Positions 8,915 through 20,266 of a DNA stretch of 29,638 bases are shown here, one piece after another; the stretch's first letter is position 1; the number at the start of each line of letters is the position of its first letter. The stretch lies in contig RHPI01002069.1 in assembly GCA_009103225.1 (NCBI GenBank), positions 366,397 through 396,034 of the forward strand, in the 5' to 3' direction. A model generated the notes under the pieces. That model saw only the letters and a program-made list of their open reading frames with translations. It did no database searches and was not told where the DNA came from. Origin of the DNA: Chlorokybus atmophyticus. Its lineage: Eukaryota; Plantae; Mesostigma and Chlorokybus algae. Made by a program: the position numbers and the translations under genes.

Positions 8915-10735
8915 CATTGAGCAGTACTCAATGGGATCGGTTGTGAGCGTCGCAACGAAGCTCCTGGCAGGAGCTTCGCCAGGAGCTATCTGCGCCACCG
9001 CGCGGCTGCAACATTGGTGAACACTTCAAATATAGTTGCCTGGCTAGACACTATGCCTAGGTTGTATGCGATCAACGCGCAATGTACCTGGATGAGAATG
9101 TGCATGGTATGGCTTGGGAAGTGCTGCAGAAATTGTGAGCTGCTTTACGTAGCGCTGCCTGTGCTATTTATATAAGCGAGGAGTGTGCTATTGTGCTTTC
9201 TTCTCCAAAGCAGTCCAAGACAGATAAGTACACCGCATTGGCACAATTTGGGATATATTGTGACAGACCTCACTCATGGTAGCATTCTTTACTACCATAG
9301 CCTAATGGTCGGAGCCCACTTGTTACAGCATTCAGCACTGCTAACTGGCAGTCAGCAATTTCGGATGCTGCTACCTTGGATATCAACCTTCGCTGAACAA
9401 CTAGCTTGTACGGCGTTACCAATGTAGATTTGAGTGTGATGATGAGCGGGCTGATAGCCCCTAAAGAAATTTTGTGCAAGCAGAGCAGTTGCAGCTGGGG
9501 TTGCATGCAACATGTGAGCAATACGCTGCAGCAAATGTGGAATTTGTATCCCACAGGGTCTGAAGTGAGTGCGTTTATGCTCAGAATACATGCACTGCTA
9601 TAGTTCGCATGCACGCACCTTTTCGAAGTATGCACCCACCTATCTGGCATGCCTCTCAGCTGTTGACACTCTTCGCGATGGTCACCAGGCGGAGCGTGAC
9701 AGCAAATATATATATTGTCAACCGAAAGGTCCAGCGCTATGCCCGCAGGCTCAACATACACGCATGTTTCAGCATACGCATTACGCCCGCCGAGCGAAAA
9801 GGTTGTGCGGGGGACCTCTTATCTTTATACGCGCACAGCGCGTCCATTTATGGATGGATCTGTTGTCGACGGGGCGCAGTCTCTATTAAAGTTCAACAAG
9901 TTGTTGCTGATGATGTACATAAGACAGAAGCAACACTCTCAGGTTGTAGACTCAACAAGTTGTGTGTCTCTTGATGCATATTGTACCATCAAAAAACGTG
10001 CCTGCCGTTTCAAAGAAAGTGAAGCGCAGTCATGCTGCTTAGGCTGCACAAGTCAAGAGAACACCCTCAAAGCTGTTGCATTTTGCAGCAGCGGTAGATT
10101 TGGTGCAGTTGGATGATTAATAAGTTCGCTACTCTGTTCATGCAGATAAGTAAAAAGTTATCATGGACTACAGCAAACAACGCAAGGGACAAAGAATGGC
10201 TGCTTGAGCGCAACATGCATGCTGGAGACTTGTTTTGCCTGTGGATGATGCAATACAAGATCACTCTCAACAATGCGTATACGTACTTGTCAATGATATG
10301 CCGCATGTGGACTGCCGAAGCAACCCCAGCGAGCTAGTGCCATACTGCTGCGTTCAACTCTTCAAGCCAAGCAGAACGCACTGTTGTCAACGAGCCAATG
10401 GCTGCCTCTTCAACAGGTTTGCTCCTTGAATAGTGTGGGCTACGCCTCTAAGGGTGTGCGCTCGCCTGTATGTGCGTGTTTGTGCATGCATGTGTGTTGA
10501 TTTTTGTGAATTGCGGTTGTGTAAGGCAGCATGATCGCGTACATGAACAGAAGGGGTGACAGCGCTGCTGCTGTGCACAACATCGCAGGAAGGCCATGCT
10601 TTTGCACTGACGGATTGCCGTGCAAAACGAGAACAGAGAGGCCTTTGAACGCAACAAGGCGCATGTGGGCGGGCGGGTATGTGAAAGTGTGCACTGCACA
10701 TTGGCGGAGGGCGAATGCATGTGCGCGCGTGTTTG

Positions 10736-10763
10736 GGTACGTGTGTATGTATCTACGTACGTA

Positions 10764-10796
<33 letters not shown>

Positions 10797-10806
10797 GCAC
10801 ACACAC
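10736..10806. repeat. Alternating purine-pyrimidine microsatellite: GT/TA-rich, then (AC)n(GC)n(AC)n
   Basis: ...tacgtacgtacacacacacacacacacgcgcgcgcgcgcacgcacacacac. Confidence 0.9.
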
Positions 10807-11360
10807 TATTTAGTATAAAATACGTATACGATACATTTGCGTACGTACTTTGTATTGTATACATGTGATGTATGTAGGTATAGCAACTAAGTTACATTGT
10901 AAAAAGCATTGTCAAAAGCTTCTTACAGTTAAAGTCATGCCTTATATGTGCTTTGAGTTCTAACTCAGATGTGCCTAGTAGCGTTGTATGTGCCTCCTGC
11001 ATGTAGACACACGTTCGGCATTTGCTGCGGTTGACGATAAGATAAGTGAGATGTCCGATCTTTTGGATGAGGATGAATTTGCCGATTTTGTCGCACAAAT
11101 ATTTTCGGGGGTGACGGAATTACTTATCTGCTGTTTTCAGAACTTTTTCGCCAAGCTTGCAATTGCCATGTGGCATGCATGCAACTTCATAATCGCACGT
11201 GCCAATCAGCTAAGTTGACTTGGGATAAGCGGACATTATCTACATGATGCAGTGCATCCATCAACTTGACGTATCACAACAACGGCATCATGCATCCCGC
11301 ATCAGTTTCTACCGGCTATACAATCAGATGGCCTGCTCTGCTTGTGGGCTTTGTTGGCAG

Positions 11361-12361
11361 TACATGTGGCGCTGGTAACTAGCAGTTTCTACCCGGTACC
11401 CGCTTGGACTGTCACGACTGTGTTGATTTGATGCATGAAGCGCGGGCTCTGTGACACTGGTTGTGGGATGCAATGGACTGAACTGATAGACAGTATCTGC
11501 AGACTGTTGTACGACGGAGGGAGGGCTGTAGGTACGTCGTCGCGGTGGCCGGCGTCGTCGCCGTGCGTGCTGGCTGCCGCCGCAAACCCTACACATCACA
11601 GACTAGCTGTCCTTTCTGCTCTGCTACGCTAGGTGGGCCACAGGCCGTTGCTGTCGTTGTGTCTCACGCCTGCTTGCTTGCCTACCTGCTGTTTTGTGGC
11701 TGCTGCTGCTGCTGCTGTTCGCATGCCAACTAGGCTAGAAGAAGAAAGAGGACTTCTGGCAGTTGACATGATTATGCCAGCACAGGCTCAAGACGCACTA
11801 TCTGTGGACGCATTGATCAGACTCTGCTTGAGTCCACAGGCGAAGCAGATCTGGTTTCTTGAGGGGGAGCGTTCGGAATCACGGCACGGCTTTGTACATG
11901 TGTGGCTTGCGTGTAAGATTTGCCCCACAGTCTCGATAGGCGATGTGAGGCATGCTGCCTGATGCTGCGATGCGCTGGCAAGAATTGAACCGTATGACAC
12001 TGCGGTGATGGCGGTGGTTATTGGCGAATGCGAAGAGTATCCGCAAGAAGTCCAACATGAAGCAGAGGGAAGTCAGGTTGTTATCGTCACCAGTGCACAT
12101 TTGCGGACCAACATTTGGCCTGAGGTCGGTATTGTAATTAGCGGTTGTATATCAATTACTATGCGTCCGTTGCGCACATGCACTTCATTGAGTGAGGTGA
12201 CTCATCAACCACACTACACAGCTCAGTGCTGGCTTTCGCAGGTGAAATCACTGTTACCATTGATCGAGAGTACAGTCCGAAATGGTCAACCAAGTCAACC
12301 ATTGGGTGGTGTGGCAGTTCGTTTACTGCTGCTTGTCGAACACAGCAGCGCGTGTGGGCAG
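11361..12361 (+). pseudogene. Spliced, probably decayed gene of unknown function; middle exon has a PD-(D/E)XK-like secondary-structure pattern
   Basis: Putative exons 11361-11531, 11739-12124 and 12242-12361 join with matching phases at GT/AG sites; in-frame TGA at 11429-11431 and 11960-11962. Confidence 0.35.
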
Positions 12362-12571
12362 GTAATGATAAACGTGTGCATGTACATGCATGTCTAACGG
12401 GGAAGGCTAGTAGCTGGTAGTTTAGTGCAGTAGATTAGCCCGGTGGTGACAACGGTGAAATGCATACTAGTGTGCATGTAATGCTTGACTGGTTGTGATG
12501 CATTGCATGCGTGTGCCTAATAGCACGTCATATATCCTGTACACCAGCACTACCACCAGCACTTGCTCTCT

Positions 12572-12638
12572 CCCCCCCCCCCCCCNNNNNNNNNNNNNNN
12601 NNNNNNNNNNNNNNNNNNNNNNNNNCCCCCCCCCCCCC
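12572..12638. other. Poly-C tract with a 40-N gap (12586-12625); a similar 37-N gap after a C-run lies at 23861-23897
   Basis: N runs flanked by C-rich runs. Confidence 0.95.
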
Positions 12639-12741
12639 TCCTCCCCGCGCGCAGCAAACAACCAGTACCATTGACACTATGACTCACACTATCAACACCA
12701 TTTGATCTAATGCCTATACAGTTAGCATACGGCTGCTACTG

Positions 12742-15100
12742 CTATTCAAGAGCAGCGAGCCAGGGCAGCAGTTTGGCATGCACAAGTTCGGGTGCATCAT
12801 CGTGCGGGCAGTGGCCAACACCCGGAAGGATGACGAGGTTCACCAGCGGGTTGGCGGCGGGCAGATTGAGGAAGAAGCGGCCAACGGGCCCGTCGAGTGG
12901 CGTGAACGTGTCTCGGTCACCCCACACCAGCAGGAGTGGTGCCCTCACCCGCTCGATAAGCGCCTCGGGACGCGGCCCGGGGGGACCCGTGATGATGGAA
13001 ACAAAGGCCTCCACTGCGTTGGAGTCCGACGCAGGTGTGACTATCAACTGTCCAGACAAGATTGCATTAGCTACTTGGCGAGTCACTGATGCTGCAAAAT
13101 TGATAAGCTGCTACCGTCATGCATGTGTCACAAGACGAGTGCTTGGGAGTACTGACATCAATTAGCTCGTCGTCCACGGCCGCTTTGTTGTTGGCATACA
13201 CTCCAAGCAGAATCTGCCTAATGTTCTCCCTGCAAACATCCTCAGTAAGACAGACCAATGTGACACCACAATCCATGCAAGTCTCTCCCTTCCTACCTGT
13301 CTCGTATCTTGTCAAACAGGTAGCGTGCGACACGCGGTCGCTTGAGCAGCACGTCTACGAGGGCGAGGACGGGTGCCGCGAGCTGCAGCCGCCAGTCGTC
13401 CATCACCGCCTTGTTGTTCATCCCGCCCGCACAGTTCATCAGCACCGTCCCGCGCACAACGCCCTCCTCGGCCTCTGAAGTCATGTACCACATGATTACG
13501 TGAGCATCATCTGGCACGTAGTTACACTGAATAGCAATGCCAGCAGTTAATGGCAAGTGAGAAGTATGTTGCCTCATGCCTGCAGTGACAACAACGTGAG
13601 TGAGCAGTGTACACTGATGCTCTGAAGAAGGGACTGCTATTACCTGCGCTTGCCATGAGAACCGCCAGGCTACCAACTGAGTTGCCAACAAGCACTGCTG
13701 GCTCTGAGACAAACTCCTTCACAAAGTCCAGAACTTGCTGCGCACAAGACCACTTGATCAACTACCCATGCCAACACCACCACCAACAACAATATAATCG
13801 CATGTGCGCACTCACTCACTTCTCGCCACGTCTCCATGGTGTACGCGAAGCCAGGGGGCTTCTCACTGGCGCCCTGGCCGAGGAGGTCCAGCGCGTGCAC
13901 GGTGTAGCCTGCGGCCGCCAGCGCGGGGATGTTGGCACGCCAGTGCCGCCATGATGCGCCGAAGCCGTGCACCAACACGACGGGGGGACCCTGTGTAATG
14001 TGACATGCACTCAGACGCATGGGTGCACTGCAATGTGTATGCAGGCATCTGCAAACACACGTGAGCACACACAAGCACAGTCCCAACACCTACACAAGCG
14101 CAAACATGCATAGAAGTATGCAAGAGCATGTGTATGCTTGCGCACCTTTGCACAAAAACGAACGTGCGGCCAACTACAATTGACACGAAGCACCCACTGT
14201 ATGCATGTGTGCGTATACACATGTACGAACGTACGTGCGTATACACGCGCAACATGCACACGCACTCACACATGCTGGCAACCACGTGCGTACAGAAACG
14301 TATTGACGCACTCACGTGCTATGCACCGCACCTCACCGGCTGTTGCGTATGCGATGCGGTAGCCTCTCCATGTCCAGTATTTCTGCCTCAGCTGCGGCAT
14401 TGACCGGATGCCGACACCACTGCCAACCTGCTCGCTGGCTGCGGCTTCTTCAACTGCTGCTTCAGGCCATGCGACTGAAGGCACTGCGCCAGGGAACAAT
14501 GTTCAATGCTACTGCGCTACTGTGACTTGCATGAAAGCAGCTAAGCCTGTGGTTTTGGTGCAAGCACGTTGACTTTGTGCCCACACTGACATGGTTGTGC
14601 TGACAACACGTGCAACAGCTCATGCATGCACGGAAGCAGCAATAAAAGTGACCACGTCAACATGCAAGCAGGCAGTCAGTTGGTCAACTTGACAGTAAAT
14701 TACTCCGTGATGGGATGTAACGCAATGCCTGCCAGCAATCAGAAACAGAAGGACACTGCACTACACCCCAGCTATCACCTTCCGGCGCAGCAGCGACGCC
14801 TGCGGCAGAGGCGTCTTCGGCTCGGCAGCTTAGCCGGCGGTGTCGCTGCTGAGGTTGGTGTCCTGCTTGTCGTCGTCGTTGCTGCTGATGTGGTCGTCGT
14901 TGGTGTTGAGACCTAAGCAACTGAGCTGCCAGCCGCTGTCTCCTCGCCAGGCCATGCGGGGCGGCGCACAGCAAGGCGGAAACGCTTGGGGTCGCATGCA
15001 ACTGTGTTGAACGGAACGCAGCTGCTGGACCAGGTGTGGACCGCAACGACGACGAGGACGTTGATGACAATCGCAGCGCCGACACCGCCGACGCCGCCAT
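12742..15100 (-). CDS. CLD1: Chloroplast alpha/beta hydrolase, chlorophyll dephytylase CLD1-like (7 exons, 431 aa)
   Basis: Exons 15100-14779, 14483-14332, 13990-13820, 13737-13644, 13474-13297, 13229-13157, 13047-12742; all GT-AG, phases consistent. Motifs VLVHGFGAS, GNSVG (nucleophile Ser), NCAGGMNNKAVMDDWR, WGDRD, GHCPHDD match recalled Arabidopsis At5g38520/CLD1; Ala/Ser/Arg-rich transit-peptide-like N-terminus. Confidence 0.88.
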
Positions 15101-15340
15101 GGTGCAGCGCCACGCCAGGCTAGTGTTCAGAGCACCGTAGCCAGTTGCAAAGCGCATACTGGCCGTGGTGCACGCCAGTATAGCCTCGTGTCTATTGTAC
15201 TGGCATGCCAGTTTCTAACGCATGCACTGGCATGGGGGTGTTGTCCAACATGCCAACACTTGAGGCCTGTTACCTGTGATGTAGCACAGCGGGGAGGTGT
15301 CAACATAGCCAGTGTAGCACATGTGCGTAAACAGCTCATA

Positions 15341-15462
15341 CCGTATTTTGTGAATTTTATACCCCTCCCCCCCCCCCCCCTATGTTTACAACACCCCTCA
15401 TTGATTATGCGGGGGTGGCTTTGTTTGTCATAAATACGGGGGTTGTATTTGACAAAATACGG
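15341..15462. mobile_element. Small non-autonomous Tc2/pogo-type DNA transposon (MITE), ~122 bp
   Basis: Perfect inverted repeat ACCGTATTTTGT (15340-15351) / ACAAAATACGGT (15452-15463), extending imperfectly into C-rich/G-rich subterminal tracts; flanked by TA on the left and TG on the right; CCGTAT ends as in Tc2-like elements. Confidence 0.65.
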
Positions 15463-16333
15463 TGTTCCCTATCCACTGAGGTAAGCATCGCAAGCATCAG
15501 GTACAAAAACGCATGAACATGCATTTGTTCAATTAGGCTGTGTCACACATGCGAACGCATTTGCACATCGAAACCAAGCCAGCAAGCAGGCAACATGCAT
15601 GGCACAGTTCAAAAGCTAAACGCGTATTGTAGCCTTCTTGATGATATCCTGTACCTACACAATATGTACGTGACAGCGCTGCCATGCGTCTGAATTGCAC
15701 AATGCTGCACGTGTGGTTTACCCCTCTACTCCCCCCCTGCACCCTTTCGCCCCTCTTGCCTACTTGCTGTCCTACTGCTTGTATCCTAGGCTTATGCTCC
15801 AGCGTGATCTAGCGCTGTTGGTAGTTGAGCTCTGGTCTGGGCCCCCCTACCAAATCTGAAGATGTTAGAGTGCGTGCTAGCTTGCTGTGCCATTTGCATC
15901 TGCACTCGCATCTCTTTGCTTTATGTATCAAGAAACAAGCGACAGGCGAACAAAGCCCAAGTGTCCCAAATATGTCACAACCACAACCACAACCGCAACC
16001 ACATTATGTCAACCCACGATCATGTTTCATACGTGCGGCTTGCATTGCAAGAATACAAGCGTGTTGACTTTTTGGACACACCCGGCAACTCAACACTTAT
16101 GCATTGCTGCTGCCAACGCACGCTAGCAATAACATTGAATGACAAGCCACTTCAACAAAGAAGTGTCACACATTCGCATCATCATGCTGCATGCATAGGC
16201 AAAGACCGTAGTGACCCTGTGGTAGACTCAGTCACAGTCCCGCACAAGGACATGCAGCGTGACGGTGCCCAAGCGTTGCGTGTGTGTGCATCCAGTGTGA
16301 CGGCTCATTGCAATATATATCCATTGTAACCAT

Positions 16334-19300
16334 CTAGTACTCGTCCAAGCCTTCGTCATCAGACCCTAACGACACCTCCTTCTCATGGTCTTTCTTCACC
16401 AAGGAGGCCTGCACATTGACAAAACCTGGTGTTGGCTGGGGCTACTTAAGTAAGCCACTGCATGTTGCTTTGGCACGCATACAGTAAAGCCATGGCGGCA
16501 TGAGACATTGCATGTGGAAAGGTGACTTGCCTGCAGTAGCCGGTGCTGTGCCACAGCGATGCGCACTTCCATCTCCTTTTGCTCGTCCTGAAAAGAGCCA
16601 TTGATTATGAACAACAACGGATGACCACATGCAACGTCATGTCAACAGCATCAGAGTGACAATGGCAGATACAGCATGCACAAAAAGCAGAGCATACACA
16701 CGTGCACGCACGCACGCACACAGATATACACACAACATCCACAATACAACATTCATTCAGCTCACACCATCTTTCCCATGAAGTCTCCCCCTCACCTTGA
16801 TGGTCTGAATGGCCTTCTTCATCTTGACCACCGGCGACGTGTCTGAGATGTTGCTCCCGCGCTCGTTCATAGTTTGCTGTGAGCGACAGAGGCACCCACC
16901 CATCAGTCGCACACACAAGTCGCATGCAATCTGCATACAAGAGCGACGGACAACATCAACACATGAACAAACCTTTATGCGCTCGAGCTCCTCCGACGCC
17001 CTCGCAAGCTCGTTGGTGAGCTCCGCAACATTCTCCGCGCTCACATTGTGCCTCTGTTGGAATGCTGCAGAGTGAGACCGAGAGTGCGAGAAAAGTCCTT
17101 GTATCCCACACCACACCCACACATACACACACAGCACACATACACACGTAAGCCCTATGACGACACAACAGCATCCATCCCTTACCGCCTGAGCTTTCGC
17201 AAGCCTCTCCCTAGCTTCCCTCCACTGACTCTGCAGCGTACTACTGCCACTATTGCCATTACTGCCGCTGTTGCCGCTGCCATTGTTGTTGTTGTTGTTG
17301 TTGTTGCGGCCATTGTTGCCCTTGCCACTCTCATCAACCCCCTTCTTGTCCCCCCCTCCCGTCCCTATCCCTATCCCCCCCGCCCCGTTGATCGCCCGCT
17401 CCCTGGCCGCCAGTCGGTCCAGCGCGGACTGCGCGCGGGAGGAAGCATCGGAGAGGGCGGAGGCGACCGAGGGGGCGCTGGACGCAAGGGCCTGAGAGGG
17501 GAGTGACGAGTAAGGGGAGGGGAGTGGGGGTGTGCGTGTGCGTGTGTATGCGAGTAAGGGAGTGAGTGAGCGAGTCAGTGCGTGCATGTGGCACTGAGCG
17601 CAAGACTGCGTGACCGACTGTAAGTGTGCACGAGTTGGTGCTTGAGTTACCGAGCCCGTAAGAGAGAGCGAGTGCTTATGCAGTGCGTGTACTCGCTCAC
17701 TGCCATGCGTTACCAACTGAACAGGCAAGAACCATTGTCAACTAGTCGTTAGCATGGGTGTGAAGTGAGCAAGCATGTGAGTGGGTGACTTACAGAGCGT
17801 GTATGTGTGGATACACGTGCGCGGTGGAGCGTGTGTGGCAAGCGTGTGACACAATTTGCCTCTTTGACCCTCACACCTGATTGACGGTCTCCACATGGCC
17901 GAGTCGTCCCCGCCACTCCCCTGCCGGATCCTTCCCGCTCCCGCCCGCCGCTCCTCCGGACGACGTCGACGTTGCGTTGGATGCCGCCAGCAGCGGGGCC
18001 ACGCGCTCCACCTCCGCGCGCCACGCGTCCGGGTCAACATGGCCAACGCCACCTGGCGCAGACTGACCAGGGAAGTCCTGACCGGGAGGCCTGCGATGGA
18101 AGCAGATGCAAGAGACAGACAAATGTTGGGGTTGTGCGTGTATGCGCGCTCGCATGTGCGTGTGCATGCAAGCGTTGGCGTCTTTTGGCTTGCGTGTGCA
18201 TGTTTGTGTGGGGGTGGGGGTGGGTCTGCATGTGCAGGCATGCACACGCATGCTTGAGTGTTTGGTACTGGTTGTGCGAACCGTAACACAACATACCGCA
18301 ATAGTCGTCAATACCAGACATCATCGCTTCCCCTACCCTGCGTGTGTGGTTGTGCCGTCCCCATCTCTTCTCCTGTCCGCATCCCCCGCCCCTTCCTCAT
18401 CCTCATCATCCCCATACACGACGCCTTCCGCCTCATCCTCTACGTCCTCGTCCTCATCTCCAGCCTCCTCGCTCACCTCCTCATCCTCCGTGCTGGCAGC
18501 AACAAGCGTGTGACGATTGTATGACAACTTGCGGCGAGTGTGTGTGGGTGTGTACGCGTGTCTCACCTTTCAGCAGGGTAAATTGGGCGCTTGAACTGGA
18601 AGCCTTGGCGGTCGAGGACGTAGTCGATGAGGCTGTCGAGGACGCCGCATACGGGGTCGCCGCAACCCTGAAGTGGTTGTGTGCGTGTTGTGTCACCGAA
18701 GAGCTAACGCATATGCGCACCCACACCACCCGCACGCACCCACACCCACACGCACGCGCACACGTGCCTGTTTGAGCTTTGCTGGTGGGAAGCTCGGTAG
18801 TGGGAACCCACAGTCTTTCAACTCCAACACTGCACAAGGCGAGTACGGCACAACCACAGCACATGGTGATGGTAAGCGTGGCTCACTATCGCCTTGCTAT
18901 CCAAGAGACTAAGACCACTCACGACTTTACATATGGTCAAGAATGACCCCACGCAAGCCCAATGCTAAGCTTTGGAGGCATAGTGATGTGTTTCAGTTGT
19001 TTGATCAAGACTGGGACCATTCCCCCAAACAAAAATGGTTGAAGAATCATCAAGGGGTGGACACTAGACTGAATACTGATCAATCCGATCCGTGCAGTGT
19101 GGATATTCAAGCGTTTAGCCCAAGCTGTCCCTGTCACAGCCGACAACAACAACAACAACAACAACGTACTTATATTGGCGCAGACGGCGTTGGGATCGTC
19201 GAACTGCCCCGGCGCTGTGAACTTGCGTCCCGCCAGCCCCAGCAACCACGCCACCTGCACATCGTGTGCGTTAACAATGTTACCCATCAACCAACAGCGA

Positions 19301-20266
19301 CAGATACAACACGACAGCATTAGCCCATATATTGTCATCAGTCAGAAACTAGTTGATATAAGTATCTACAAGACTGGTTTATACAAGACTCTTTTTACAT
19401 TGATGTTCACGCACGGAAACGCGCATGCATGCGCAAGCGCGCATGCTCACACACAAACACACGCACGCGCATGTACTCACGAGGCTTGTGAAGTAGAAGA
19501 ACTGCTCGTTGGGGTTGCTGGCGGCCAGCGCAAAGTACGTGTGCGGCAGCGGAGCCCAATACGGCTTCCTGCAAAAGCACGCGCATTACAAAGGCAGGTT
19601 GTCACTGTAATGAACATTAGTGTCATGCGCATGACACTTGCATGCGCTTCCGCTTGCGCGCGCACGTGCACACGTGAGCGGCACCGCATGAGCACCATTG
19701 GTGACAAAGCATAACAAAAAGCTGCTGCTGCTGCTGCTGCTGCCACATGGGTGGTTTAACAGTCTACAAGATTGAAGCTGGAGTATTGCATACAAGAGTG
19801 CATTGTAAGTTGAAGCGACAAGGTCTCCACTGTATAGACGAACAACTCTATTCGAAAAGTATTAAATTGTGCATGTGCGCTTCTCCATCAACACAGGAAG
19901 AAGGTGATGACACCAACAACATCAACGACAACCGCAAGCTCATCCACTCACTTTCTTCGGCAGAATTCCCTCTCGTAGTTCAGCAGCTTCAGCTTGTCCA
20001 CGACGCCCTCCATCACGATCTCGCACGGCACGTCACTCTGAAAACACAACAAATCGTCACTCGCATGCAACAACACCAACACCAACAAATCCTCTCTCCC
20101 CCTCCCTTGCCTCGAGCGATCGGGTCCCTCCCGCTCTCCTGCCCGGCGCTCCCGCCGACGATGATGTGGAGGTGGAGGTGGACGGCTCGTTGTTGTTGGG
20201 TTGCGTGGCGTTGGGGTCGGACGGGGCGGGGGTCTCCCTGCTCGCGGCGCCATCGCCCTTGTGACG
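16334..20266 (-). CDS. IFT57: Intraflagellar transport protein 57 (IFT-B); 13 exons reconstructed, start codon unresolved
   Basis: Exons 20266-20111, 20037-19952, 19568-19481, 19254-19170, 18829-18768, 18667-18567, 18492-18337, 18090-17877, 17491-17186, 17053-16973, 16876-16796, 16587-16531, 16408-16334. MEGVVDKLKLLNYE, EQFFYFTSL, WLLGLAG...FDDPN, VDP..W..EVERVAP, ERGSNISDTSPVVKMK, EMEVRI match recalled Chlamydomonas IFT57. Confidence 0.95.

Noticed and set aside
10988-11110. EF-hand-like DLLDEDEFADFV segment
   Set aside because: The loop lacks the D-x-D-x-x-G pattern, and its donor phase does not match the next putative exon.
11960-11962. Selenocysteine as the primary explanation for the in-frame TGA
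   Set aside because: No recognisable SECIS or redox motif; CGA>TGA decay is simpler. Kept only as a test.
13863-14315. Numerous 60-200 aa ORFs rich in C/V/H/T/R here and in other introns
   Set aside because: These are translations of (CA/GT)n intron repeats or antisense shadows of real exons.
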